Origin: a virus
Lineage: Duplodnaviria > Caudoviricetes
IMG/VR virus record: IMGVR_UViG_2700989574_000004
Location: 18,729 to 82,728 of that record
DNA: 64,000 bases
Reading direction: 5' to 3' (one strand)
Part shown: positions 46,778 through 59,300 of the stretch, in pieces
Position numbering within the stretch: the stretch's first letter is position 1
Layout of the letters: every line of letters begins with the position of its first letter
Translations under genes and position numbers: made by a program
The notes under the pieces: model-generated
What the model saw: only the letters and a program-made list of their open reading frames with translations
Database searches by the model: none
What the model was told of the DNA's origin: nothing

Positions 46778-49700
46778 TGGCAGACGTCGCATCTTTAGCG
46801 GTCGGGCTGCACCTGAACGCAGCCAGTTTTAAATCCCAGCTGCTGGGAGCGTATGGCGATGCGGAGAACCAGTCACGACGGTTTAACCGTAATGCCCAGG
46901 CGGACGCGAAAAAGACGGAGGACGCCTATAAGAAGGTCGGTCTGTCGATATCCGGGATGGCCAGCCGGCTAGCGGGGCTGGCAGGAGCCGGCCTTTCCAT
47001 CGGCACGATCGTCACCACGTCCAGACAATATGGACAGGCATTATCAGACCTGCAGGCCATCACCGGTGCGACTGCAGCTGAAATGAAAGCGCTGGATCTG
47101 GCTGCGCAGGAAATGGGGCGCACGACAGAGTACAGCGCCAGCCAGGCCGCCGAAGCGTTAAAGCTGATGGCGTCGGCTAAACCGGAGCTTTTAAAAACGT
47201 CCGATGGACTGCAGAAGGCTACGAACAGCGCGCTTATCCTGGCGCAGGCCGCCGGCACAACGCTGCCCGATGCGACCAGAACGCTGGCGCTCTCCTTAAA
47301 CCAGTACGGGGCGAGCACGCAGGAAGCGGATCGTTATATCAACGTGCTGGCCGCCGGCGCGAAATACGGGTCGTCGGAGATTGTGGATACAGCGGCCGCC
47401 ATTAAAAATGGTGGCGTTGCAGCCGCACAGGCCGGCGTTGGTTTTGAGCAGCTGAATGCCGCGATTCAGGTGCTGGCAGAGCGTGAAATTAAAGGCGGTG
47501 AAGCCGGCACGGCGCTGCGTAACGTCATCCTGAACCTGGAAAAGGGCACGGACAAGAGCCTCAAGCCGTCCGTGGTTGGTCTCAGCCAGGCGCTGACCAC
47601 TCTTTCCGGGAAAAATCTCTCCACGGCCCAGGCCGTAAAACTGTTTGGCGTGGAGAACCTGAATGCGGCGTCTATCCTGGTCCAGAACCGTTCAAAGCTT
47701 GATGAGCTGACCGCTTCCCTGACCGGTACCAAAACGGCGCATGAGCAGGCATCCATCAGGGTTAACAACCTGAACGGCGATTTGCTGGGGCTGAGCAGTG
47801 CGTTTGAAGGGATGGTCATTAAGATCGGCCAGAGCAGTAACGGGCCACTCCGCAGCGGGATTCAGGTTGCCACGGAGGCACTGAACAGCCTGGCAGACAA
47901 TTTCAACACCGTCTCCAGCGTGGCGCTTTACAGCCTGATCCCCGTGTTATCCACGAAACTGACTGCAGGGCTGCGGGAGAATATCGCGGCCTGGCGGGAA
48001 AGCCAGGCGGCGGTAAAAGCGCGGGCGCAGGCTGATGCGGATATTGCCCGCAAAACGCTGGATTCGACAGCGGCCATCCTGAAACAGAACGACGCTGAGT
48101 TTGGCCACTACCGGCAGATGGAGCGGACGGCTAAACAGTACGGGATGAATATCAGTTACCAGGATGAGTTTACCCGCCTCATCCGACAGGAAACTGAGCA
48201 AACCAATCTGGCCAGCCAGGCGAAACTGAAACTGGCAGCGGCAAACCGGCAATTGTCGATATCAGCCCGTGCGGCCTCCGTTGCGGTGGGCCTGGCAAGA
48301 GGCGCCCTGGCTTTTGTTGGTGGTCCGGTTGGCGCGGCGACGCTGGCTGGCTCTGCATTACTGTATTTCCATCAACAGGCAAAAGAAGCCCGGCAATCGG
48401 CCATTGATTTAAAAGATGCCGTAGTGGAAACCAGTGAAGCGCTGATGCGCCTCTCGCTTAACCAGTTAAATGTGAAGCAGTTCGACCTGGAGGATAAGTA
48501 CGAAAACCAGGTCGTGCAGCGTAACCAGCTGATAAAAGAGATTCAGGATGCCGACAGTCGTATCGACAGCCTGAAAGGGTTTGACCCCTTCGGCCAGCTG
48601 GAAGGGGTGACAAAAGACCAGACGCGGGCGCGGGCGGATCTCGATAGCGTTAACGAGGGACTCCGCAAAACCGAGGAAAACATTAAGCGTGTCAGTGATG
48701 CAAAAACACTGGCTCAGCTGGGTTTATCGGGAAAAATAACCTCCCTTACGGACGATCTGAAAGGAGCGTTAAGCACGCCCCCCAAAGAGACCGGAGATGG
48801 AAATCCCTGGGGCGGCGATGGCGGTACCGGCACGGGGAAAGGCAGTAAGTCCCAGGTCGACCAGTTCAAAACGCTGCGGCAGCAAATTGAAGAAGCCCAT
48901 GCATCCAGCCTGGCCAGAATTAACCTGCAGGAAAAGGACAGCAACAGGGAGCTCCAGGAAGCGGCGAAGAAAAATGGCGCCAGTGATGCTGACCTGCAGC
49001 GCGCGCTGTTAATGAATGCAGAGAACTACCAGAAACAGCGACTGGATCTGGCCGCGCAGTATTCCCCCGCCCAGGAAACTCTGCGAAAAGAGCAGGAAGC
49101 CAGCCGGGACCTGGCTGAGCTTTTCAAAGCCCGCCTTCTTGATGAAAAAGAGTACCAGGCCGCACGAATAACGCTGGCCAGAGATACTGCGAAAGAGCTG
49201 CTGCAGGCGCATGCCGATGAAATCGCTGCGCCGGCACTGGATATCGCCGGCGAAGTTGATCCACTGGTCTCGCTGCGCAATCAGCTTGCGCAGCGGCAGG
49301 CATTGCTGCAGGCGTACTACCAGGGCAGCGCGATCAGCAAAGAACAGTACGAAATGCTGATGCAGAAGGCGACGAAAGAATCCGCCGATGCGCAGTATCA
49401 GACGTCACTGGAGTTATACCGATCACAGGGAGAATTCCAGAGCCTGGCCGTCGGGTTATTTGAAACGGCCCATGAGCGCTCAAGCAACTTCCTGACGAGC
49501 ATGCTGACGCGGACGAGAAGCTTTAAGGAGAACATGGCTGACCTGTTTTCCTCGCTCACGCAGTCGGTCATAAAAAACCTCGTTGATATGGCTGCTCAGG
49601 CGCTGGTCACCAGTTCCGTCATGCAAACCATTATGGGCGTGGTGGGAGCTGGAGTGAGTATTGCAAGTGGTGTTTCTGGAGCGGCTGATGTCGGCACAGG

Positions 49701-50133
49701 TACTGCGATTCAGAATGCAGGTAAAAACTTTAACTTTCAAATACCGGGTTATGCCAAAGGCGGTGTCTTCGATTCTCCTTCATTAAGTGCCTACAGCAAC
49801 CAGGTCTACGACTCTCCGCAGTTCTTCGCTTTCGCAAAAGGGGCCGGCGTATTTGGCGAGGCCGGGCCGGAGGCCATCATGCCGCTGACGCGTGCCGGCG
49901 ATGGTTCGCTGGGTGTACGCGCTGTCGGTGGTGTTCAGAACGCCGGCGCGTCGGAAGGGCCAAAAGTCTATATCACGATTGAAGGCGGAAACATCTCAAC
50001 GCAGGCGCCGTCTGGTTTTGAGCAGTTTGGTCAGCAGATCGGCTCGTTTGTGGAGAAAAAATACAGGGAGCTGATGGCGCAGGATATGCGCCCTGGCGGG
50101 ATGGTCTGGAATGCAGTTAAAGGGCAACGCTAA
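46777..50133 (+). CDS. Tape measure protein (outer phage)
   Basis: TP901-like core, lambda-type C-terminus GEAGPEAIMPL.R..DG.LGV. Confidence 0.93.
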   Translation: MADVASLAVGLHLNAASFKSQLLGAYGDAENQSRRFNRNAQADAKKTEDAYKKVGLSISGMASRLAGLAGAGLSIGTIVTTSRQYGQALSDLQAITGATAAEMKALDLAAQEMGRTTEYSASQAAEALKLMASAKPELLKTSDGLQKATNSALILAQAAGTTLPDATRTLALSLNQYGASTQEADRYINVLAAGAKYGSSEIVDTAAAIKNGGVAAAQAGVGFEQLNAAIQVLAEREIKGGEAGTALRNVILNLEKGTDKSLKPSVVGLSQALTTLSGKNLSTAQAVKLFGVENLNAASILVQNRSKLDELTASLTGTKTAHEQASIRVNNLNGDLLGLSSAFEGMVIKIGQSSNGPLRSGIQVATEALNSLADNFNTVSSVALYSLIPVLSTKLTAGLRENIAAWRESQAAVKARAQADADIARKTLDSTAAILKQNDAEFGHYRQMERTAKQYGMNISYQDEFTRLIRQETEQTNLASQAKLKLAAANRQLSISARAASVAVGLARGALAFVGGPVGAATLAGSALLYFHQQAKEARQSAIDLKDAVVETSEALMRLSLNQLNVKQFDLEDKYENQVVQRNQLIKEIQDADSRIDSLKGFDPFGQLEGVTKDQTRARADLDSVNEGLRKTEENIKRVSDAKTLAQLGLSGKITSLTDDLKGALSTPPKETGDGNPWGGDGGTGTGKGSKSQVDQFKTLRQQIEEAHASSLARINLQEKDSNRELQEAAKKNGASDADLQRALLMNAENYQKQRLDLAAQYSPAQETLRKEQEASRDLAELFKARLLDEKEYQAARITLARDTAKELLQAHADEIAAPALDIAGEVDPLVSLRNQLAQRQALLQAYYQGSAISKEQYEMLMQKATKESADAQYQTSLELYRSQGEFQSLAVGLFETAHERSSNFLTSMLTRTRSFKENMADLFSSLTQSVIKNLVDMAAQALVTSSVMQTIMGVVGAGVSIASGVSGAADVGTGTAIQNAGKNFNFQIPGYAKGGVFDSPSLSAYSNQVYDSPQFFAFAKGAGVFGEAGPEAIMPLTRAGDGSLGVRAVGGVQNAGASEGPKVYITIEGGNISTQAPSGFEQFGQQIGSFVEKKYRELMAQDMRPGGMVWNAVKGQR

Positions 50134-50471
50134 TGGCTATTGAGATATTCACCTGGAGTCCGCGGGTTAATCCCCAGCAGACCGTTAACTTTCGTGTCCG
50201 AAAGGCGCAGTTCGGTGACGGGTATACGCAGGTATCCGGCGATGGTATTAACACCCGATCACAGGACTGGGAGCTGAGTTTTGTCGGTACGGAGGACTAT
50301 ATCCGTCCGATTAAGCAGTTCCTCGACCGTCATGCCGGCACCCGCGCGTTTCAGTGGACCCCGCCTCTGGAAGAGGTGGGGCTTTACCGCTGCGAACAAT
50401 ATAAACCGGTGCCGCTGGGCGGCGGAAATTACTCACTTTCAGCCACTTTTATTCAGGCATTTAAACCATGA
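50133..50471 (+). CDS. Minor tail protein gpM-like
   Basis: QFGDGY.Q...DGIN, FL..H.G..AF.WTPP. Confidence 0.92.
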   Translation: MAIEIFTWSPRVNPQQTVNFRVRKAQFGDGYTQVSGDGINTRSQDWELSFVGTEDYIRPIKQFLDRHAGTRAFQWTPPLEEVGLYRCEQYKPVPLGGGNYSLSATFIQAFKP

Positions 50472-51223
50472 GCCTTAACGCGAATTATCAGAAGTTAGAG
50501 CCAGGCGATGAGGTTCGTCTCCTGGAGATCGATGGCCAGGCGTTTGGCCTGGATGAGGTTTTGTATTTCCACGGCTATAACGTTCCCCATACTGCAGCCG
50601 AAATCCTCGCCGCTGGCGGCGACCTGGATAAGCTGCCGGCGAAAAGCATCTGGTGGCAGGGGCGGGAGTATAAAGCCTGGCCATGTGAAATCGAAGGGAT
50701 CGAGTCCTCCACCACGGGCAGCGACGCGCAGCCAACGCTGCGGGTAGGGAATATCGACGGAAAGATATCCGCGCTCTGTCTTCATTACGACGATCTGGCT
50801 CTGGCGCGGGTTGTCATCCACGACACGCAAAAACAGTATCTCGATGCGAAGAACTTTCCGGAAGGGAATGCCTCAGCTGATCCGACGCAGGAGAAACGGC
50901 GCCTTTTCTTCATCGACGTAAAGCATTATGAAGACGATGAGAAGGTGGAATTTACTCTCTCCAGCCCGTTTGCCCTGCAGGGGATGATGATCCCCACTCG
51001 CCAGCTGCATGCGATTTGCACCTGGTGTATCCGCAATCAGTACCGCAGCGGTAACGGGTGCGACTATGCCGGCACCCGGTATTTTGACAGGAACAATCAG
51101 CCAGTTGATGACCCGTCGCAGGATGTCTGCAACGGAACGCTCACGGCCTGCAAATTACGTTATGGTGAGAATAGCGAACTGCCGTTTGGCGGGTTCCCTG
51201 GCACCTCATTAATCAGGAGCTGA
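50468..51223 (+). CDS. Minor tail protein gpL-like
   Basis: WQG.EY.AWP, CTW..YR.G.GC.Y.G, D.C......C, FGGFPG. Confidence 0.93.
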   Translation: MSLNANYQKLEPGDEVRLLEIDGQAFGLDEVLYFHGYNVPHTAAEILAAGGDLDKLPAKSIWWQGREYKAWPCEIEGIESSTTGSDAQPTLRVGNIDGKISALCLHYDDLALARVVIHDTQKQYLDAKNFPEGNASADPTQEKRRLFFIDVKHYEDDEKVEFTLSSPFALQGMMIPTRQLHAICTWCIRNQYRSGNGCDYAGTRYFDRNNQPVDDPSQDVCNGTLTACKLRYGENSELPFGGFPGTSLIRS

Positions 51224-51224
51224 T

Positions 51225-51935
51225 ATGCGTCAGAAAACGATTAAGGCCATCCAGGAACATGCGGCCGCAGAATATCCGCGCGAGGCCTGCGGCCTCGTCG
51301 CCCAGAGGGGGCGAGCGGAGCGTTATTTCCCCTGCCGGAACCTGGCCACAGAGTCGAAAGATAATTTTGTGCTGGCGCCGGAGGATTATGCGGAGGTTGA
51401 GGAATGGGGAACGATCACCGGTATTGTTCACAGCCATCCTGATGCCACCACCCAGCCGAGCGAACTGGATAAAGCGCAATGCGACGCGACCCTTCTCCCC
51501 TGGCATATTATCAGCTGGCCAGAAGGCGATCTCCGTACCATCCACCCGCGTGGTGAGTTGCCGCTCCTCGAGCGACCATTCGTGCTGGGCCACTACGATT
51601 GCTGGGGCCTGGTGATGAGCTATTTTAGGCAAACCCACGGCATCGAGCTGCACGATTACCGCGTCGATTATCCGTGGTGGGAAAAGGAGTATCCGGACAA
51701 TTTTTATCAGGACTGCTGGTATGAATGCGGGTTCCGTGAGTTTGATGGTCCACCGCAACCGGGTGATATGGTGATCATGCAGGTGCAGGCGGATAAGTGG
51801 AACCACGCCGGGATTCTGCTGAAAGGGAACCTGCTGCTGCATCACCTGTATGGCCATCTCAGCAAGCGCGTGCCGTATGGTGGGTACTGGATGGAAAGGA
51901 CAATGAAGATTGTTCGATACAAAACATTAATTTAG
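51225..51935 (+). CDS. Tail tip assembly protein gpK-like (JAB + NlpC/P60)
   Basis: YPREACG, VHSHP, DCWGL, NHAGI. Confidence 0.93.
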   Translation: MRQKTIKAIQEHAAAEYPREACGLVAQRGRAERYFPCRNLATESKDNFVLAPEDYAEVEEWGTITGIVHSHPDATTQPSELDKAQCDATLLPWHIISWPEGDLRTIHPRGELPLLERPFVLGHYDCWGLVMSYFRQTHGIELHDYRVDYPWWEKEYPDNFYQDCWYECGFREFDGPPQPGDMVIMQVQADKWNHAGILLKGNLLLHHLYGHLSKRVPYGGYWMERTMKIVRYKTLI

Positions 51936-51995
51936 GCTTTATATATCACTTCTCTTTGGTAACATCTAGCTTCCTTTACTCATGGGAATATGGAT

Positions 51996-52673
51996 ATGAA
52001 AAAAGTAGTGATATTTTTAGCTACATTAGCACTAGCAGGGTGTGTATCAAACTCAGAAAGACAAAAGCAGCAAGCTGAAATTGACAGAACCACGCCAAGC
52101 TGTTCATCCCAAAAACAATGCGATGCAGCTTGGGCTGCTGCAAGACAGTGGGTGAATCAGAATTGTGGAATGAAAATCCAGAACTATAGCAGTGATTATA
52201 TAGAAACATATAATTCCCCTGCTAATAGTGCAGCAATCGCTTGCCAAGTAACCAAAAACCCGTTACCTACAGGTGCTAGCTCAATAAACGTACGTATATC
52301 ATGCTCAAATATGTTTGGATGCGTTCCTGATGTATATCAGGCTGCTATTAATTTCAATAAATACATTAATGATTATATTGAGAAATTTGCACCAGTCAGA
52401 ATGGGTTTTATGGCAAGAATGTCTGATACCAAGGGGAATGAAGTGCAAAACACGTCTTATTCCGCAGGAATGATAATAAAAGGTGTTACTCATGACGGAC
52501 CTGCTTATAACGCAGGGTTACGTGATGATGATATTATCACAGCGGTAGGGAATGATGCGGTGCGAAGCCAGTACGACTTAACCTCGGTGATGGAAAAGTA
52601 TCACTCAGGGGATAATGTGAAAGTCACCATTTTAAGGAATGGAAAGGAATTAATTAAAGAAGTGCGTCTTTGA
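51996..52673 (+). CDS. AT-rich moron: lipoprotein with Cys-rich domain and C-terminal PDZ
   Basis: MKKVVIFLATLALAGC lipobox; V..DGPAYNAGLR.DDIITAV PDZ signature. Confidence 0.85.
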   Translation: MKKVVIFLATLALAGCVSNSERQKQQAEIDRTTPSCSSQKQCDAAWAAARQWVNQNCGMKIQNYSSDYIETYNSPANSAAIACQVTKNPLPTGASSINVRISCSNMFGCVPDVYQAAINFNKYINDYIEKFAPVRMGFMARMSDTKGNEVQNTSYSAGMIIKGVTHDGPAYNAGLRDDDIITAVGNDAVRSQYDLTSVMEKYHSGDNVKVTILRNGKELIKEVRL

Positions 52674-52680
52674 AAATTAT

Positions 52681-52704
52681 AGGCCCGATTATATTCGGGC
52701 TTTT
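52681..52704 (+). terminator. Terminator after the moron
   Basis: AGGCCCGA-TTATAT-TCGGGCTTTT. Confidence 0.6.
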
Positions 52705-52719
52705 ATTCCCGGGGTATAT

Positions 52720-53310
52720 ATGAAGGAAACAATGACCAAAATAATACTTTCTGGAGTATTAGGTAAAACTTTTGGGAAAATTCACTATCGTTTAATTAGC
52801 ACTGTTCATGAAGCAGGGCAGGCATTATCGGCAACGATACCAGGCTTCGAAAAATTCATGATTACAAGTAAAGAACGTGGACTAACTTATGCGGTATTTA
52901 AGGATGAAAAAAATATAGGTCTAGATGACTTAGGATTCCCCATAACCGGGGAAGTAATCCGCATTGTCCCTGTAGTCATTGGTAGCAAAAAAGCCGGTTT
53001 TCTTCAGACTATTTTAGGTGCGGTCATTGTTGCGGTTGGAGCTATAGCCACTTTCGGATTCGATCAGCCGTGGGGGGTTAATGTAATGATGGCTGGCGGC
53101 GCCATGATGCTCGGCGGCGTCGTTCAGATGCTTTCTCCACAGCCAGCAGGCCTGGCACGAAAAGAATCCGCTGACAATAAAGCGTCCTACGCCTTTGGGG
53201 GCGTGACGAACACTGCCTCTCAGGGATACCCGGTCCCTTTGCTTTATGGCAAAAGGCGAATTGGCGGCGCCATTATATCTGCCGGTATTTACGTAGAAGA
53301 CCAGCAATAA
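52720..53310 (+). CDS. Tail assembly protein gpI-like
   Basis: IRIVPV..G.K..G..QTILG, SYAFGG..NT..QGYPVPLLYG. Confidence 0.93.
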   Translation: MKETMTKIILSGVLGKTFGKIHYRLISTVHEAGQALSATIPGFEKFMITSKERGLTYAVFKDEKNIGLDDLGFPITGEVIRIVPVVIGSKKAGFLQTILGAVIVAVGAIATFGFDQPWGVNVMMAGGAMMLGGVVQMLSPQPAGLARKESADNKASYAFGGVTNTASQGYPVPLLYGKRRIGGAIISAGIYVEDQQ

Positions 53311-53337
53311 GTTTTATTCAGTAAACCATCCAATTCA

Positions 53338-53361
53338 GGCCACCTTGCGGTGGCTTTTTTT
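53338..53361 (+). terminator. Intrinsic terminator-like hairpin
   Basis: GCCACC-TTGC-GGTGGC-T-run. Confidence 0.55.
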
Positions 53362-53372
53362 ATGGGCGTAAT

Positions 53373-56300
53373 ATGGCAAATAACATAATTAAAGGGCGCA
53401 AGGGTGGCGGCTCAAAGCAGCGTACACCGACGGAACAGCCGGATGATTTACAGTCCGTTGCGAAAGCCAAAATTCTGCTCGCATTAGGTGAGGGTGAATT
53501 TGCAGGTGGTTTAACCGGGGAAGATATTTATCTTGATGGCACTCCGCTTGAAAATGCTGATGGTTCGCAAAACTTCAGTGGCGTGTCTTGGGAATTTCGC
53601 CCTGGCACGCAGGCACAGACTTATATTCAGGGTATTCCCGGCACTGAAAATGAAATCAGTGTAGGAACGGAAGTTTCCAGCAAGACAGCCTGGACCCATA
53701 CCTTTACTAATACCCAGCTTTCTGCCGTTCGTGTCCGCCTGAAATGGCCGTCCCTGATGAAACAGGAAGATGACGGCGACGTGGTGGGCAATACCGTCAA
53801 GTATGCGATTGACCTGCAGACCGACGGCGGCGCCTGGCAGACGGTGCTGGAAACCGCTGTCACGGGTAAAACCACCTCCGGTTATGAGCGGAGCCATCGT
53901 ATTGATCTTCCCCAGGCCGGCAGTACCTGGACGCTACGCCTGCGTAAAATCTCTCCGGATGCAAACAGTGTCAAAGTTGGCGACGTGATGACGCTGCAGA
54001 GCTATACCGAAGTGATTGACGCGAAGCTGCGTTATCCCAACACCGCGCTGCTTTATATCGAGTTCGACTCCAGCCAGTTTAATGGCTCCATTCCGCAAAT
54101 TTCCTGTGAGCCGCGTGGGCGCGTGATTCGTGTGCCGGATAACTACAATCCGGAAACCCGCGAATATACCGGCGTCTGGACCGGCGGGTTTAAATGGGCC
54201 TGGACGGATAACCCGGCCTGGATCTATTACGACATTGTTATAGCTGACCGTTTTGGTCTCGGTAATCGTCTGAGCAGCGCCAATATTTCGAAATGGACGT
54301 TGTACCAGATTGCACAGTACTGCGATCAGCTGGTTCCTGACGGGCGCGGTGGTGACGGCATGGAGCCGCGCTATACCTGTAACGTCTATGTCCAGGAACG
54401 CAACGATGCTTACACCGTGCTGCGAGACTTTGCCGCCATTTTCCGGGGCATGACCTGCTGGAACGGTGAGCAGATTGTTGTGCAGGCTGATATGCCGCGT
54501 GATGTCGATTTTACCTATACGCGCGCCAATATTATCGGCAAACCCCGTTATTCGAGCAGCAGCAGCCAGGTTCGGTACACCAACGCCCTGGTTTCCTGGT
54601 CTGATCCGGATAATGCTTATGCTGATGCAATGGAGCCGGCATTTATCCCGGAACTGGTTTCCCGCTACAGTTTTAACCAGCTCGAAATGACGGCGATTGG
54701 CTGTACGCGCCAGAGCGAAGCCCACCGTAAGGGGCTGTGGGGCATACTGACCAACAATAAGGACCGCATGGTCGAAATTGATGTCGGGCTGGACGGTCGC
54801 ATTCCTCAACCCGGTTATATCATTGCCCTGGCGGATGAGTTGCTGGCCGGACGGGTCAACGGCGGGCGAATCAGCGCGGTGAATGGCCGGGTGATTACGC
54901 TGGATCGTGATGTGGATGCCAAACCTGGCGACCGCCTCCAGCTAAACCTGCCATCCGGGATCTCACAGAGCCGGACTATTCAGGCTGTTAACGGACGCCG
55001 GCAGATTACGGTCACAACGGCGTACAGTGAGACACCAGAACGGGAATGCGTCTGGGCCATTGAATCCGATGACCTCTTCCTGCAGCAGTACCGGGTTACA
55101 GGGGTAAAAGAGAACAGCGATGCCACCCTCACGATCACCGGCGTGGCACATGACCCGGATAAATTCCCCCGCATCGATACCGGCGCTATTATCGACCAGC
55201 GCCCGGTTAGCGTATTGCCGGCGGGCAACCAGTCACCTCCTGACGATATTGTCATCACATCCCGCTCGGTCGTGAATCAGGGGATCAGCGTCGAAACGAT
55301 GCAGGTTAACTGGTCAGCGGTCAGCGGCGCTATTGCCTACGAGGCGCAGTGGCGCCGTAACGACGGGAACTGGATTAATGTGCCGCGCAGCTCGACCACC
55401 TCGTTTGAGGTCAGCGGCATTTATGCCGGTCGTTACCTGGTTCGCGTCCGTGCGATCAATGCGGCGGAGATCTCGAGCGGCTGGGCGTATTCCGAAGAGA
55501 AAACCCTGACCGGCAAGGTCGGCGAGCCGCTGGCACCGCTGGCGCTGGCAACCCGTTCGCTGGTTCATGGGGTCCAGGTTAGCTGGGAGTTCCCGACCGG
55601 CTCCGGGGATACTCTGCGCACGGAACTGCAGTACAGCAAAAACCAGGACGGCAGTGCGCCAATGCCGTTATCAGACGTAGCCTATCCGGGGAAAAGCTAT
55701 CAGCAGATGGGCCTCAGTATGGGCGCCGAATTCTGGTACCGGGCGCGCCTTGTGGATCGTCTTGGCAATGAAAGCCCGTGGACCGGCTGGGTCCAGGGGA
55801 TAGCCAGCGATAACTTTGATGACTACTACGAAAACCTGACCGACGCGATCAAGGATACGGATGCCTGGGAGGAAACGCAGCGTACCATTAGCGAAACGCA
55901 GGAAGGTATCCGCAATACGCAGCAGGAACTGGAGCAGACCGCTGAAGAGCTGCGTCAGGAAGCCGCAGATCAGGCGAAGCAAGTCAGCCAGGATATTGAT
56001 GCATCTGCGAAAAGCATCACTGCTGATGTTGACGGAAAGCTCTCTGCCGTGAATAAAACCATCACGGATGAGCTTACCTCGGTAAATGAGTCTCTCGATT
56101 CTGGTCTGGCTCAGGCAAACAAGGGGATTCAGGAGGCAAAATCCGCCGTCGCTGATGCGAATCAGCAGATAGCAATTTTGAGCAAGTCGCTGGCCGACGG
56201 CGATGCCGCATTGAATGCGCAGATTAAAACTGCCGAGAATGGCCTGAAGCAGTCGTTGTCTCAGGTCAACACCACGTTAACCAATGCGGTTAAGCAGGAA

Positions 56301-59300
56301 ACTGCGGATCGTATCGCAGATGTTAACGCGAAGGCGGCACAGGCTGCTGATGAACTGCTGGCGGCAACGCAGGGGATTGAGGCGAGTATCGAGAGCCTGA
56401 CTCAGGTAATGAAGAGTGCCGATGAAAATCTGGCGCGGGAAATGTCCAGCCTCGCTGCCGGCGCTAATATCCAGTTCGATTCGCATGTTATCTGGCATTT
56501 CAACAATCAGACGACCGAGGGCTGGACCGGAAGCGCCGGCGTACCGGGAGTGTCCCAGGATGGCTGGTTACGCCCTGCTGACAGCGCCACCGATCCGTAC
56601 ATTACCTCTCCTGGCGGTTTGGCTGTCAATGGTGCGGCGTACCGCTTCATCATGCTGCGCTTTCGTAAAACCGGCAAACCAGTCTGGGCGGGTGAGATCC
56701 GTTGGGTGTCTGCCGGCGAAAACTTCAATAACACGAAGCGATACATTGTTGCTGAGCCAGAATATGCCGATGGGGTGGCAACCCTGACGGTGCGTGATAT
56801 TCCTTGGACAGGGAACATTGATCGTATTCGTCTGGACCTGACGAACCAGCAGGATGCCAGCAACTTTATCGAATTCGACTGGATCGCCGTTGGCCGGCCA
56901 GCACCCGGCGCCAGTACGGCGGCTCTGCAGGATGTGCGCAGCACGCTGAGTAACGCGCTGACCGCCGAAGCGCAGGCACGCAGCACGCTGGCGGCGCAGA
57001 TGCGTGGCTCCTATGAGGGCAGCGATCTGGAGAAAGTCACCTCCGGGCTGCTGTACCAGGAAAAAACGGCGCGCGTTACCGCCATCTCAGCGGAAGTTAA
57101 GGCCAGAGAGTCCCTGCAGACGCAGTTTAACGACAACAAAGCTGCTGTTTCTGGTGAACTGAGTTCCCTGACGACAGAGCAGAGTGCGCAGGCGAGTCGT
57201 ATCGGAGGCCTGGAAACCAGCCTCGGGAAAAAAGCCGATGCGACCGCGCTGACGTCCCTGACGCAGAAAGTTGAGCAACAGGGTGCCACGCTGACATCGC
57301 AGGGAGCCGCGTTAACATCACTCACTAACCGGATGGGCCAGACGGAAACGGGCCTGGCTGGTACGAATGAGGCGTTGAGCGGGCTGGAGTCTACTGTTAC
57401 CCAGCAGGGCGACAGGATAACCAGCCAGGGTCAGTCCATCACGAAACTGACGAGCGATTTGGGCACGACAAATGCCGCGCTGGCGAAGAAAGCGGAGGCG
57501 AGCGCGGTCACCGCGTTAACACAGCAGGTAGAGCAAAACGGCCAGGATATTCGCAGCAATACTGGCAGCATCACCAGTCTGTCGAATCAGCTGGTCAATG
57601 GCCAGCCGAATAGCTGGTCCCGTCGGATCTATCCTGTGCAGCTGGCTAACGCCGGGACAGTCCCGTCATTCAGCGATATTCGCGCCGTGGCGCCCGTGGT
57701 CGTGGATGAGGCGGCCGACGCGGCCAAACTGGACTTTACGTCCTCCGGTAGCTATCTGATCGCGCTGTATTCCTGCCAGGTAAAAGTGGCCGCCGATACC
57801 ACCATCACAATGGCGCCCGGTAACAGGGTTTTTGATGATACCGGTGCTGTATTTGTAAATGGCGTTCAGGTTGCCTGGGGAAACGCCAGCTGGACTACCG
57901 TCAGTTTTGATCTGAAAGCCGGCTGGAATACCGTTGAGTTTCTGGTGAATCAGTGGACCGGCCAGGCGTATATCAACCTGGGCCTGAAGCTGTCAGACAA
58001 GGTTGCTGAGATGTACTCCGGTCTCGGTGTTTCCGCGCTGGCAAACGCAGCCGGCGTACTCAGCTCGAATGTCAGCCAGATTGGCAACGATGTGGTCAGC
58101 AATTCGCAGAGCATCACCCAGCTCCGGAATGCGCTGACGCAGACAGACGCGAATGTGGCCAGCAAAGCGGATCAGACGGCGATGAACTCGCTAACCGGAC
58201 GAGTGGAGAAGACGGAGTCCGGTCTGACGGCGGCGAACAGCAACATTACGTCGCTCAGCAGCTCTCTGAGCCAGCAATCCAAACGCGGCGCTAATCTGCT
58301 TCCTGATGGCACTTTTGAAAGCTACGCGGTTGGCCACAATCTATCAAATAATCGCGTTATCGTGACCACTGATGACTCGCATGGCGGTAATAAGTGCATC
58401 CGTGTGACGCGTCCGAATGATTACAACGCTAACGCAACTGATAACAGCGATAATCACATTTTCAGCGGTTTCCAGGTACGCGATAACGCAGTCTTCTATA
58501 TGGAATGCTGGGTTAAGCGGGATGCCAAGAGTACCGCTATGGCCGAGAATGCACAGATCTCCATTGGCTTATCGCTCCAGTATCAGGACAACTCCTGGCA
58601 GTGGCCGGCAGTTACCAAAGCGGCAAAGGATCTCTCTTCAACTCAATGGACGAAGGTTTCTGGTTACCTGAAATCAACGAAGAGCGGTATTAAGCAGGCA
58701 ATGGTCAGGATTTCTATTCCTAACGTTAGCAGCGTTAAGGCGGGTAACTCATTCCTCATTGATGACCTGGTCATTACCGAAGTGACTGATGCCTACAATG
58801 CGCAAAGTACAGCAGATGCTAACGCTAATGCGATTTCGACACTGAACTCGACCGTATCCCAACAGGGCGACCAGATCACCAGTCAGGGTAACAGCATCAC
58901 TAAACTGACAAATGACCTGGCGACGACTAATAACAACGTCAGCAATAAAGCAGACGCTAATGCTCTGACGGCACTGACCAACCGTGTTACCCAGACCGAA
59001 AAAGACATTAACTCAACGAGTTCGTCTGTCACGAATCTGAACAACAAGGTTGATTCTATTTCTGTCGGTGGAACAAACCTGATCAAGAACTCCGGCGATA
59101 TGACCGGCTGGTCGAACGTTACCAGCGAGACGTATCGTGGTAACGCGGTAATTGGTGCAACGGTAAAAGCCGGCTCCGGTTACAAGGATCTGCGGGAAAT
59201 CACGCTTGAGTCGCCTGTCGATGCAGGTGAGTACGTTTACAGCTTCTATGCGAAAGGTGGTGTTGCCGGCCAGACGATGACGGCGTTCTTCTACAATCCG

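Noticed and set aside
53934-54809. 291-aa - strand ORF
   Set aside because: Antisense shadow of J
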